64,000 nucleotides of DNA from Lachnospiraceae bacterium (GTDB taxonomy: Bacteria; Bacillota; Clostridia; Lachnospirales; Lachnospiraceae). Below, in pieces: positions 1 to 9,125 of the stretch. Under the pieces are notes generated by a model, which saw only the letters and a program-made list of their open reading frames with translations, was not told where the DNA came from and ran no database searches. The translations under genes and the position numbers were made by a program. Location of the stretch: contig JAFQIE010000026.1 of the NCBI GenBank assembly GCA_017397645.1, forward strand, positions 42,941-106,940, given 5' to 3'. Within the stretch, counting starts at the first letter, position 1. Every line of letters begins with the position of its first letter.

Positions 1-691
1 TCTCATACTGAGCCGCGTCGTAGCTGTAATAATCCCAGTATACTAATGTGATATTATCCGGCATTTTGGCTTTTACCTTGTCGATGATTTCGGGAACAAT
101 ATCCCCATAGTAATCTCCGCCGCAGGCCAGACGAAAGAACATGTCACTCCACATCATGGGCTTGAATCCGTGCTTGTCGCACAAATCACAAACCTTCTGC
201 AAATGGCCTAAAATCAGTTCAAAACGGTCCGTAGGGCCGTACTTGTCGTAATATTTTCCAAGACCAACCAAATGTGCTTCGTCCATACCAATGTGTACCT
301 GATTGGAGGTAAACACCTTGCGCAGAGTCTTAAAGATATTTTCAATCAGGGTCCAGGTTCTCTCTTCATCGATGAAGAGGATATCAGCAGTATCCCTGAT
401 GGGCTTATATTCATCCCAATGGAAGATGCCGCCCACGTGAGCCAGAGTCTGAATACAGGGGACTACCTCAATCCCAATGGCATCACCATAGGCTACGATT
501 TCCTTCATTTCCTCGATGGTATATCTGCCGCGCAGATATCCAAAATAAGGTTCACCCTCTACTTCAAAGGTATCCTCCGTATAGAGCATCAGGGTATCGT
601 ATCCCATCTGCTTCATTTTGTCCATGTGGTCTTTTACCACACTCACACGGGGGATTGCATTTCTGGAGCAATCCAGCATAATTCCTAACAT
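1..691 (-). CDS. beta-N-acetylhexosaminidase, GH20 (GcnA/HexD-like); 3' part runs off the window
   Basis: Manual translation (absent from the ORF track): MLGIMLDCSRNAIP...LMLYTEDTFEVEGEPYFGYLRGRYT...PCIQTLAH...VHIGMDEAH (GH20 catalytic DE pair)...MMWSDMFF; GAGAGGT RBS upstream. Confidence 0.9.
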   Translation of the reverse strand, partial: MLGIMLDCSRNAIPRVSVVKDHMDKMKQMGYDTLMLYTEDTFEVEGEPYFGYLRGRYTIEEMKEIVAYGDAIGIEVVPCIQTLAHVGGIFHWDEYKPIRDTADILFIDEERTWTLIENIFKTLRKVFTSNQVHIGMDEAHLVGLGKYYDKYGPTDRFELILGHLQKVCDLCDKHGFKPMMWSDMFFRLACGGDYYGDIVPEIIDKVKAKMPDNITLVYWDYYSYDAAQYE

Positions 692-728
692 AGTCGCAAT
701 ACCTCTCTTTTATCTATCCTTGTTCAGA

Positions 729-763
729 AAAGTCCCTACATTACAGGGTAACATAGGGACTTT
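729..763 (-). terminator. hairpin/intrinsic terminator between the aminotransferase and GH20 genes
   Basis: AAAGTCCCTA...TAGGGACTTT inverted repeat followed by a T-run on the minus strand. Confidence 0.65.
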
Positions 764-793
764 ATCTTTGTTTTTGTTTACTTTAGGTTGGTC

Positions 794-2128
794 TTATTTC
801 AAACCAGCCTCAGCCTGCATCTCTGCTACAGATTCCAAAATAGAATCAGCCATGTAGTCAAGCTGTTCCTGTGTCAAGCCGTATACAGGGAAGTGAGTAA
901 ATCTGCGATAGAATACTTCCTCACATACAGGACAGGTCTTAGCGATTTCATCCTCATCGTAGCCGTACTCTTTGAGGATTGCGAAACGATACAGAGGTCC
1001 GAAGTGAGCGATTTCGGTAACGCCCTTCTGAGCCAGTTTCTTCTTCAGCACCTGGATGTCTCCGCCTGCCTTCTCGGGATCGATAAGCAGTTTGTAAAGA
1101 TGGAAGGTAGGCTTCACATCGTCTCCGCCCAAATCCTGAGGAATGAGCGCATCACAAACAGAAAGTCTCTCAGTCAGGTATGCTGCTGCGTCGTAACGAG
1201 CCTTCATAATCTTATCATTTCTTGCAATCTGCAACTGAAGTCCAAGACCCTGAATTTCAGTGGTAGAGAAGTTGGTTGCAACGAAGGGACCATTCTTACC
1301 CTTGATAGCAGTTACATCATACAACCAGTCCTTAATCTTGATGCTGAAGTCAGTCCCCAGGAAACGCGCACGCTTCATTTCAGGCAGGAACTCGGTTACG
1401 TTAGAGCAAAGGATACCACCTTCACCGAAGGAGGTGATGTTCTTTACTTCATGGAAGGAGAAGGAACCAAAGTGACCAATGGTACCAAGTTTGCGTCCCT
1501 TGTACTCACCACCAAAACCGTGAGCTGCATCTTCCAATACAACGATGTCTCTCTTCGCTGCCAACTCCATGATGGGATCCATGTCTACTGCATATCCGCC
1601 GATATGTACGGGAATAATCATTTTGGTCTTGTCGGTAATCTTCTTCTCAACATCCTTAGGATCCATGTTCAAGGTGATGGGATCTACGTCTGCGAACACG
1701 ATCTTACATCCGATGGAAAGAGGATAAGCCATAGTAGCTGCGAAGGTAATCGCAGGAACGATAACCTCGTCACCAGCCTTTAAGCCTGCGTACTTACACG
1801 CAATTTCAAAACCTGCAGTACAGTTTACAAGGAAGGTGGAACCCTTGGTATTCAGGTACTCATCACACATTTCCTCTGCCGCTGCAACATGTCTGTCCAA
1901 GGACAATTTTGCGGGGGGCTCGGAAACCTTATCCAAAGCATATACGGTCTTCTCAACCTCAGCTACAGCCTTATCATATGCTTCGCCCTGACCCTGCATC
2001 ATAAATTTAACGATTGTCATCAAGTCTTCTGCGTTATAGTTCTCACCAACCGCAGCCCAAGGCACCTTGGTCTCGCCGGTATTGTATCTAAAGTCAGAAG
2101 CTTTTTTCTTCATTTTGTTGTTTTCCAT
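794..2128 (-). CDS. DegT/DnrJ/EryC1/StrS family PLP-dependent sugar aminotransferase
   Basis: GDEVIVPAITFAAT, IIPVHIGG, VLEDAAH and SFHEVKNITSFGEGG (PLP lysine) motifs. Confidence 0.92.
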   Translation of the reverse strand: MENNKMKKKASDFRYNTGETKVPWAAVGENYNAEDLMTIVKFMMQGQGEAYDKAVAEVEKTVYALDKVSEPPAKLSLDRHVAAAEEMCDEYLNTKGSTFLVNCTAGFEIACKYAGLKAGDEVIVPAITFAATMAYPLSIGCKIVFADVDPITLNMDPKDVEKKITDKTKMIIPVHIGGYAVDMDPIMELAAKRDIVVLEDAAHGFGGEYKGRKLGTIGHFGSFSFHEVKNITSFGEGGILCSNVTEFLPEMKRARFLGTDFSIKIKDWLYDVTAIKGKNGPFVATNFSTTEIQGLGLQLQIARNDKIMKARYDAAAYLTERLSVCDALIPQDLGGDDVKPTFHLYKLLIDPEKAGGDIQVLKKKLAQKGVTEIAHFGPLYRFAILKEYGYDEDEIAKTCPVCEEVFYRRFTHFPVYGLTQEQLDYMADSILESVAEMQAEAGLK

Positions 2129-2166
2129 AATTAACCATCCCTTTCTACATTTTTATGAAAACACTT

Positions 2167-3210
2167 TTACAGTACAACAACTGTCTTTTCTTCGTTTGCC
2201 TTATAAGCAGCTTCCATTACCTTCTGTACCTGTACAGCCTCCTGTGCGGGAACCTCTAAGGGTAAGTTGTTCAAAATGGAATTGCCGAAGGACTCGATTT
2301 CTCTGGTGTAAGCATCGCCGAAGGTAACTTCGATTTCCTCGCCCTTGATATCCTTGGTATTCTGCTGTGCATCATAGCCACCTACTTCGCCACAGAACAA
2401 AGCATCCAAAGTACCGCCGTCAATCTGACCGATGACATTCTCGCCGGCCAGTCTTCCCTGATCACCAAAGAATTCCAAACGCCACTTCGCTGCTTCATCA
2501 GGAATGTTGAAGTTAGACTGAACCACACACTGGCATCCGTTTTCCATACGGAGCAATACGGTAGAGGAATCTTCTACTTCATAGTTGAAGGACAAAGTAT
2601 CCTGGAAGGCTGCCACTTCTTTTACCTTAGAACCGGTCACATACTGCATCAAATCGATACAGTGTACGCCCATGTCCATCATGGCACCGCCGCCACCCAT
2701 TTTCTTGCTCTGTCTCCAAGCACCGGGCATATCAGGGTACCAACAGGTAAACTGGGAATATCCGGAAACTACTTTGCCAATTTTGCCATCAGCGATTGCC
2801 TTCTTCATAGCCTGTACATATGCACCGAAACGCATCATCAGACCTGCTGCAATCTTTACACCTTTTTCGTTGCAGTAAGCAACCACCTTCTCGCCCTCTT
2901 CGGAGGTCATAGCCAAAGGCTTCTCGATCAGGATGTGCTTGCCTGCATCTGCCGCTGCCATAGCCTGCTGTGCATGAAGCCACACGGGAGATGCGATATA
3001 AACAGCATCCACTTCGGGATCTGCAAGCAAATCTTCCACTTTATCATAGGCTCTCTTGCAATCCCATTTTGCACGGCACTTTTCAGCCAGCTCCATGTTG
3101 ATTTCCATAACAGCAACAAGTTCTGCGTTATTTGCGTTCATCATACCGGGAATGGTTCTGCGTTCTGCAATACCACCGGCACCGATGACGCCCCAACGTA
3201 ATTTTGCCAT
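2167..3210 (-). CDS. Gfo/Idh/MocA family oxidoreductase
   Basis: GVIGAGGIA Rossmann motif, HILIEKP, GGGAMMDMGVH. Confidence 0.93.
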   Translation of the reverse strand: MAKLRWGVIGAGGIAERRTIPGMMNANNAELVAVMEINMELAEKCRAKWDCKRAYDKVEDLLADPEVDAVYIASPVWLHAQQAMAAADAGKHILIEKPLAMTSEEGEKVVAYCNEKGVKIAAGLMMRFGAYVQAMKKAIADGKIGKVVSGYSQFTCWYPDMPGAWRQSKKMGGGGAMMDMGVHCIDLMQYVTGSKVKEVAAFQDTLSFNYEVEDSSTVLLRMENGCQCVVQSNFNIPDEAAKWRLEFFGDQGRLAGENVIGQIDGGTLDALFCGEVGGYDAQQNTKDIKGEEIEVTFGDAYTREIESFGNSILNNLPLEVPAQEAVQVQKVMEAAYKANEEKTVVVL

Positions 3211-3241
3211 AATAAAACCCTTTCTTTCTATGTGCTATGTA

Positions 3242-4300
3242 TTAGTCGGTCAGTCTGGGAACATCCAACCATACGCCACCCTTCATTGCTGCTTCGTGAG
3301 CGATGAGACCGGGAACAGTCATATCCATAGCGCGTACGATGTCGATAGGAGGAGTGGTGTCGTTCTCGATGGACTTCAAGAAGTCACGAACCAAATAGTA
3401 CTCGGAAGAACCATGTCCACCTGCAGTTGCCTCCTTAGGAGCGTTCAAATCAGTGATGTTGATAGCGATAGGCATACCCTGTCTCTCTTCATCATGATCT
3501 GCAAAGTGACGAAGGCCAACACCTGCATAACCCTGACGGCTGCTCTCCAAGAATCCCTTGGTACCAATGATGTTGTAGTGGCACAGAGCGGGCTCACGCA
3601 AGGCAACGGAACTTCTTGACAACTTGATGGTTGCACCCTTAGCGGTTTCGAACAAAGCCACCTGGATATCGATATTACCTGTAGTTGCAGGCTCGATAGA
3701 ATGATGGTTGCCGGATGCGGTACAACGAACAATGTGATCATCCATCCACATCAGAATAGGGCCAAGGCTGTGAGAACAATAGTGCAAAGGTGCACGATTT
3801 GCACGCCACTTACCGTCTACCAAGCCACGAATCTCATGCAAGTAGTCTGCTTCTGCATAGAAAGGAGTACCAATCTTACCGGACTTAATCCAGCCATCCC
3901 ACTCAATTGCGAAATCCATATAGTTACAGTTTTCAGCCATCATAAATTTGGTTTTGGACTTGCGAACTGCATCTACCATGCGCTGGCAGTCTGCAATGTT
4001 GTCGGAAGCGGTTACTTCACAGAGTACATGCTTGCCTGCTTCCATCGCCTTGATGGTCTGCTCAGCATGGAAAGGAATGGGGGTACCAAGTACCACGATA
4101 TCCACGTCTGAGTTCAACAGATCCTCGTAGTTCAAATACAGATTTTTCTCATCCAATTTGAAATCCTCACCGTTCTTAGCAAGAATCTCAGGATTCATGT
4201 CGCACAGAGCGACAACTTCGGTGTCGGGGTGGTTTACAAAAATGTGTCCGTAAGAGGTTGCACGACCAACGCCGACCATACCAACTTTGAATTTCTTCAT
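3242..4300 (-). CDS. Gfo/Idh/MocA family oxidoreductase (CEV variant of the EKP motif)
   Basis: KVGMVGVG, HVLCEV, YCSHSLGP, GGHGSSEY; start moved to ATG 4300, which follows an AGGAGG RBS. Confidence 0.9.
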   Translation of the reverse strand: MKKFKVGMVGVGRATSYGHIFVNHPDTEVVALCDMNPEILAKNGEDFKLDEKNLYLNYEDLLNSDVDIVVLGTPIPFHAEQTIKAMEAGKHVLCEVTASDNIADCQRMVDAVRKSKTKFMMAENCNYMDFAIEWDGWIKSGKIGTPFYAEADYLHEIRGLVDGKWRANRAPLHYCSHSLGPILMWMDDHIVRCTASGNHHSIEPATTGNIDIQVALFETAKGATIKLSRSSVALREPALCHYNIIGTKGFLESSRQGYAGVGLRHFADHDEERQGMPIAINITDLNAPKEATAGGHGSSEYYLVRDFLKSIENDTTPPIDIVRAMDMTVPGLIAHEAAMKGGVWLDVPRLTD

Positions 4301-4367
4301 GTCATTTCTCCTCCTTATATTGGTAAATCCCAAAATAGTTTCGTAATAAAAACACGTAGGCTATGCT

Positions 4368-4417
4368 ATTTATTTATAGCCTAAATAAATTATATGTTTT
4401 TCACCCTGAAATGTCAA
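4368..4417 (-). promoter_or_regulatory. sigma-A promoter (TTGACA-17-TATAAT) overlapped by a ROK-type operator palindrome
   Basis: Minus strand TTGACA (4417-4412), 17 nt, TATAAT (4394-4389); ATTTATTTA-n5-TAAATAAAT at 4368-4390 resembles XylR/NagC operators; ROK gene nearby. Confidence 0.8.
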
Positions 4418-4469
4418 TACACAAACTATCTTTTTAACATAGAGAAAACTACTGTTTTTGCACCCAAAA

Positions 4470-4943
4470 TCACTGTCTGCACACAGCATCCCGCCCCAGT
4501 TTTTGAGCGATACTTCGGAACAGGCGGAAAAAGTACGATGTTAAAATCAAACCAAGCGCTATGGCACCACCAATCTTAATGGTATTTACCACTCCGGCAC
4601 CGCCCACTGCCAGATTTCCCCGTAGGCAGGCTTCCATTGCCTTATAAATGGTCAATCCCGGCACCAATGGTACAATCCCGGGCACCAAATATACAGTGAT
4701 GGGAGCTTTAAAAATCATCGCCGCTAACTCCGCATAGATGGCAATCACTACACCACCTAAGAAATTGGGAATCACCATAGAATCCGTAAACTGCATAACA
4801 ACCAAATATACTGCGTAGGAAAATGCACCACAAAGGGACGCGATATGAACATTTTTACCATGCACATTATAGAGCAGGGCAAAAGCCATGCTGGCCACAT
4901 AGGATGCCACCACCGGCACCGCAAACTCTGTCAAAAATACCAT
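4470..4943 (-). CDS. threonine/serine exporter family membrane protein (ThrE_2-like)
   Basis: Hydrophobic; P-x-x-x-x-x-x-PGIVPLVPG motif; paired with the ThrE-like gene. Confidence 0.85.
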   Translation of the reverse strand: MVFLTEFAVPVVASYVASMAFALLYNVHGKNVHIASLCGAFSYAVYLVVMQFTDSMVIPNFLGGVVIAIYAELAAMIFKAPITVYLVPGIVPLVPGLTIYKAMEACLRGNLAVGGAGVVNTIKIGGAIALGLILTSYFFRLFRSIAQKLGRDAVCRQ

Positions 4944-4946
4944 ATC

Positions 4947-5714
4947 CTACCTCCACAAAACCGACACTGCTACACCCAACGCAATGGAACAGGCCACGAT
5001 TAGGGTCTCTATCATTTTCGCCGTTCCCGCAACATAATCCGCAGAAACAATATCTCTAATACAATTTGTCAATAGAATACCGGGTACTAAATTCATCAAC
5101 GGTCCCGAAATCGACGCATCCACATTCAGTGCAGGATAAACAAGCGATGCCAGTTTCACCGTCGTCACTATAATCGCTGCGCCCACGGTATTCACCAAAA
5201 AACTTGCAGACTTAAGGTATTCCAACAGCCATATCACCAAGCGCATCAGAGCGCCGACCGAGAATCCTACAATCATCTCTGCCACTCCGCCACCGAAGAA
5301 AACAGCAAAGGATCCACCAATCAAGGCATAGAATAAAACATTCATTCCCTGGGAATAACAGTGTCTTCCTTCGATTCGCCTAAGTTCCGCCATCACTTCC
5401 TGATAAGAGGGCAACTCTGTACATATTTTGCGGGACAGGGAATTCAATTGCTCAATGCGGTCCAGATTCGTAGAATTGCCTGTCACTCTTCTGTTTTGTG
5501 TTTTGGTCACGCCATCTTTTTCTACGGTGACTAAAATGGTGGAGGAAATAGCAAACACATGCACCTGATCCATGCCATAGGCAAGACCGATTCTGGTGGC
5601 AGTATCTTCCGCCCGATGGATTTCTCCGCCGTGCTTGATAATGCTATATCCCACATTAGCAATCATGTCTATCACTTGATTTACCGTTAGTTCTTTTTTT
5701 ACAACCGCATCCAT
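4947..5714 (-). CDS. threonine/serine exporter ThrE family protein
   Basis: HGGEIHRAEDTATRI, NSLSRKI, LVPGILLTNCIRD. Confidence 0.88.
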   Translation of the reverse strand: MDAVVKKELTVNQVIDMIANVGYSIIKHGGEIHRAEDTATRIGLAYGMDQVHVFAISSTILVTVEKDGVTKTQNRRVTGNSTNLDRIEQLNSLSRKICTELPSYQEVMAELRRIEGRHCYSQGMNVLFYALIGGSFAVFFGGGVAEMIVGFSVGALMRLVIWLLEYLKSASFLVNTVGAAIIVTTVKLASLVYPALNVDASISGPLMNLVPGILLTNCIRDIVSADYVAGTAKMIETLIVACSIALGVAVSVLWR

Positions 5715-5773
5715 TTTATCGTACTTTCCTTTTTGTCAAATCACATTCTCTCTTAGTACCCTCATCCCGTTGT

Positions 5774-6973
5774 CTACTCGATAATGTTCGCCGGCGACGA
5801 GATGTCAAATACTTTATCGCACAAGTCAAAGGCTGTTCCGCAAATTACATTTTCCTGCGTTTCCTTAACCTTCATCATAGGTAGTTTCTGTGTCAGGGCC
5901 ACATACGCTCTTTTACAAAGTTCTTCTCTGGCTTCCTCGATGATGCTGGGGCAATCCGAAAAATCTCCGGTGTCGATGACCAAAGTTGCAGGATTGAACA
6001 AGTTGACTAGGTTCGCTAGACCAATACCCAGATATTTACCGCAATCTGCTATAGCGCCTTTGGCTGCTACATCGCCTGCAAGGAAGCGTTCTTCTAATTC
6101 CGCCAGGGTCTTAACTTCCTTACCCGCGTTTTCTTCGCCGGAGGTATTGTTTTTTGCCTCCTCCTTGTACAGATTCAATAATCTTTGCGGCGAACACATT
6201 ACTTCCAGGCATCCGTCATTGCCGCAGAAACATTTTGGTCCGTCCTTTTCTACCGTCGTGTGCCCAATTTCTCCGATAATATTTCTTTGAATGGAACCGC
6301 CCTGATAAACCACGGCACCAATACCATTTTCCAAGTCCACAAACAGCATATTCTGATTGCTGTTCTTGAAATTTCTGGAAAAATACCAGGCTGCCTTCAA
6401 AACCGAGACATTGTCAATAAATACCGGAATGCCTGTTTGGTCCTCCAATCTTGTTTTGATATCGAAAGAATTCCATTTCAGTTTGGATGACATAATGAAC
6501 CGGCTATCCGACAAAACAAGACCGGAGATAGCCACGCCAATTCCGAGCACCCTGTCTTTTTCACAGGCATTGACCATAGATACAATAGCATCGCATACTC
6601 GATTTGTAATGACCGTGGAGGACATTCCCTCAATCCACAGTTGCTGGGTTTCTTTGACGGTGCCCTCCATATCAGTTCTGGCAATGACAACGCCACTCTC
6701 CTTCAACAACACGCAAATCAGGTCATATTTATCCGCTTTCAGGCGAAGAAGCACACTCTTGCGGCCCACACGGCTGACACTTTCCACTCCATTTTCACAA
6801 AGAATCCCTACCTCTAACAGGTAAGTTGTAATATTGGTCAAGGAAGGCAGGGACAATCCCGTAGCCTCCGCAATTTGAGGACGGGAGCAGTCGGGGTTGT
6901 TGCGCACGAAGTTCAACACCTTCAAACGGTTCATTATTTGCATTAACTGGGCATTTCCCACTTGGTTATTCAT
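5774..6973 (-). CDS. ROK family transcriptional repressor
   Basis: N-terminal HTH (SRPQIAEATGLSLPSLT), GEIGH, CFCGNDGCLE zinc motif. Confidence 0.92.
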   Translation of the reverse strand: MNNQVGNAQLMQIMNRLKVLNFVRNNPDCSRPQIAEATGLSLPSLTNITTYLLEVGILCENGVESVSRVGRKSVLLRLKADKYDLICVLLKESGVVIARTDMEGTVKETQQLWIEGMSSTVITNRVCDAIVSMVNACEKDRVLGIGVAISGLVLSDSRFIMSSKLKWNSFDIKTRLEDQTGIPVFIDNVSVLKAAWYFSRNFKNSNQNMLFVDLENGIGAVVYQGGSIQRNIIGEIGHTTVEKDGPKCFCGNDGCLEVMCSPQRLLNLYKEEAKNNTSGEENAGKEVKTLAELEERFLAGDVAAKGAIADCGKYLGIGLANLVNLFNPATLVIDTGDFSDCPSIIEEAREELCKRAYVALTQKLPMMKVKETQENVICGTAFDLCDKVFDISSPANIIE

Positions 6974-7007
6974 AATTTTTCCTCATTCGCTTCATTTTTT
7001 TGTTTGT

Positions 7008-7634
7008 CTAAAACTCCGGGTCATACTCCTGAGGAAATTCCTCCCAGGTGATTCTGCGCACCTCGATGTCTTTGATCTTTAGTTTGGTGCAGTAAGCGGA
7101 AAAGCCGACATGTCCATCTGTTATGGGCATAGGGTCAATCAGTTCGGAAATCAGTACATCATCCACCACCATAAAGGTATGGCCGCCGATGGAACCGGCC
7201 GTCATACGCACCTCCGCACCCGGCTTGTACTGATAAGCAGATGTGGTGGAATACAAATTCGATCCATATCCAACATTCCGCTCAATTCCACTTTTATGCT
7301 CGTACCATCCATTCAAACCGCACACATAAGAATCCCCCAAGTAGTCTGTGGTCTCATCCCATTTTGCGCAGAACACCGCGTTCACGTCTCTCGTGGCGGG
7401 AAGCACGGTACCAATGGTAAAGGAAAAAAGCACATCTCCTTCAAAAGCTTCTTTGCTGAACAGGATGCCACCAAAATTGCCCTTTTCCTCACCAATCAAA
7501 TATCCATTCTCATAGCTCCAGGTGCCACTCTTGGGCTCCCAGAAATCTCTCCAACTCTCATCCGGCTGATAGGAAAACAGCACAGGGGACTGATCCATAA
7601 GAATCTTTTTACCAAGTAATTTTATGTCTTTCAT
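7008..7634 (-). CDS. concanavalin/LamG-fold protein, DUF1080 (3-keto-glycoside hydrolase)-like
   Basis: W-x-x-ENGYLIG start, all-beta pattern, C-terminal GHVGFSAY...KIKDIEVRR typical of DUF1080-like proteins. Confidence 0.5.
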   Translation of the reverse strand: MKDIKLLGKKILMDQSPVLFSYQPDESWRDFWEPKSGTWSYENGYLIGEEKGNFGGILFSKEAFEGDVLFSFTIGTVLPATRDVNAVFCAKWDETTDYLGDSYVCGLNGWYEHKSGIERNVGYGSNLYSTTSAYQYKPGAEVRMTAGSIGGHTFMVVDDVLISELIDPMPITDGHVGFSAYCTKLKIKDIEVRRITWEEFPQEYDPEF

Positions 7635-7655
7635 TGTTATTCCTTCTTATCTTTT

Positions 7656-9125
7656 TTACTGTAATTTCATATTGTTTTCCACACAAAGCAATTTCACCAG
7701 TTCTGCGAATCCCATGCCGTGGGAAGCCTTCAGCAGGATGGTACTATGCTTGGGCAAAAGTTCTTCCGAGGCCAATGCCTCTATAAATTCCTGTTTGGAA
7801 GCAAAGTATCTGGCATTCTCTTTGTTTGTCATAACTTCCACTGCTGCCTGGCACATGTGGTAGGATTGCCCGCCGATACAAATCAGTAAATCCACGCCCT
7901 TCTCCGCCGCATAAGCGCCCACAGAGGCGTGCATTTTGTTTGCATCTTCGCCCAACTCGAACATGTCACCTAAGATAGCCACTTTTTTTGTGTCTGCCAA
8001 CGCCAATAAATCCAACGCCGCCCGCATGGAAACCGGGTTGGCATTATAGCAATCATCTATTAGGGTGTAGTCAGATAACTGAATCAGATTACTCCTTCCA
8101 CTGACAGGTGCAATCCTTGAAATACCATTGGCAATTTGATCCGCTGTAAGGTCAAACAATCTTGCCACACAGGTGGCAGCAGCTGCGTTCAGCACCATAT
8201 GGTTACCGGGTTGAGGAACCTGTACGGGCAACACCATCTCATCTCCGTCGACGGTTTGACTACAATCGCAGACCGCCCCACCATTGTTCCGAATATGTAT
8301 AACGGCATCGCTACCGAACAACCCATGGCTGACAATATCCGTTGCCCAAACTTCCTGTACGTCACTTCCGCCCAAGCCAAAGAAATGAGGATTCTTTCCA
8401 TTTACTTCAGTGATTTCCACCAGTTTATCGTCTTCGCCGTTGAGACAGATTTCCGCGCCCGCAGATAAATAATCAAACATTTCTGTTTTGGCTTTCAATA
8501 CACCATCTCTGTCCTTCAAATTCTCCAAATGGCACTGACCGATATTGGTAATCACACACACATCAGGTTTCGCCATTTGACCCAGTCGGGACATCTCACC
8601 AAAATCACTGATGCCCATTTCCACCACCGCAATCTCGTGTTCGGGACGGATGCGCAAAAGTGTCAAGGGGACACCGATTTCATTGTTGAAATTTCCTTCT
8701 GTCTTCAAAACCTGATATTTTTCCGAAAGTACACCGGCGATGAATTCCTTGGTGCTGGTTTTACCAACACTTCCGGTGATACCGATAATTTTTGTAGATA
8801 ATTTGCTGCGATAATATGTAGCTATGTCCTTCAGGGCCTGCAGGGTGTCCTCCACCAGGCAGTAATTTCCCCAAACGGACGGATCTATGCCATGCTCCAC
8901 CTCTACTTGCTGTGGTGTTTTTTGCACCAACGCCAATGCCACGCCCTTAGCGAAAACATCAGCAAGAAATTTATGCCCATCCACACGCTCTCCAAGAGTA
9001 GCTACAAACACGCCACCTTCTTCTACCTTGCGCGAATCCAAAACCACAGATGTGACACAAGTGTCGTTTCCGAATAATTCCCCTCCACATGCTTTTGCAA
9101 TTTCTGCAAGAGTCAAATTCATCAT
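7656..9125 (-). CDS. murF: UDP-N-acetylmuramoyl-tripeptide--D-alanyl-D-alanine ligase
   Basis: GITGSVGKTSTKE, GNFNNEIGVPLT, DDCYNANP, ILGDMFELG, LLKASHG. Confidence 0.96.
   Translation of the reverse strand: MMNLTLAEIAKACGGELFGNDTCVTSVVLDSRKVEEGGVFVATLGERVDGHKFLADVFAKGVALALVQKTPQQVEVEHGIDPSVWGNYCLVEDTLQALKDIATYYRSKLSTKIIGITGSVGKTSTKEFIAGVLSEKYQVLKTEGNFNNEIGVPLTLLRIRPEHEIAVVEMGISDFGEMSRLGQMAKPDVCVITNIGQCHLENLKDRDGVLKAKTEMFDYLSAGAEICLNGEDDKLVEITEVNGKNPHFFGLGGSDVQEVWATDIVSHGLFGSDAVIHIRNNGGAVCDCSQTVDGDEMVLPVQVPQPGNHMVLNAAAATCVARLFDLTADQIANGISRIAPVSGRSNLIQLSDYTLIDDCYNANPVSMRAALDLLALADTKKVAILGDMFELGEDANKMHASVGAYAAEKGVDLLICIGGQSYHMCQAAVEVMTNKENARYFASKQEFIEALASEELLPKHSTILLKASHGMGFAELVKLLCVENNMKLQ

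Noticed and set aside
272-1783. Plus-strand ORFs 272-688 and 788-1783, and similar long antisense ORFs over glgP, ileS, the PL2 gene and Gfo genes
   Set aside because: They are shadows of well-supported opposite-strand genes, with no motifs or RBS
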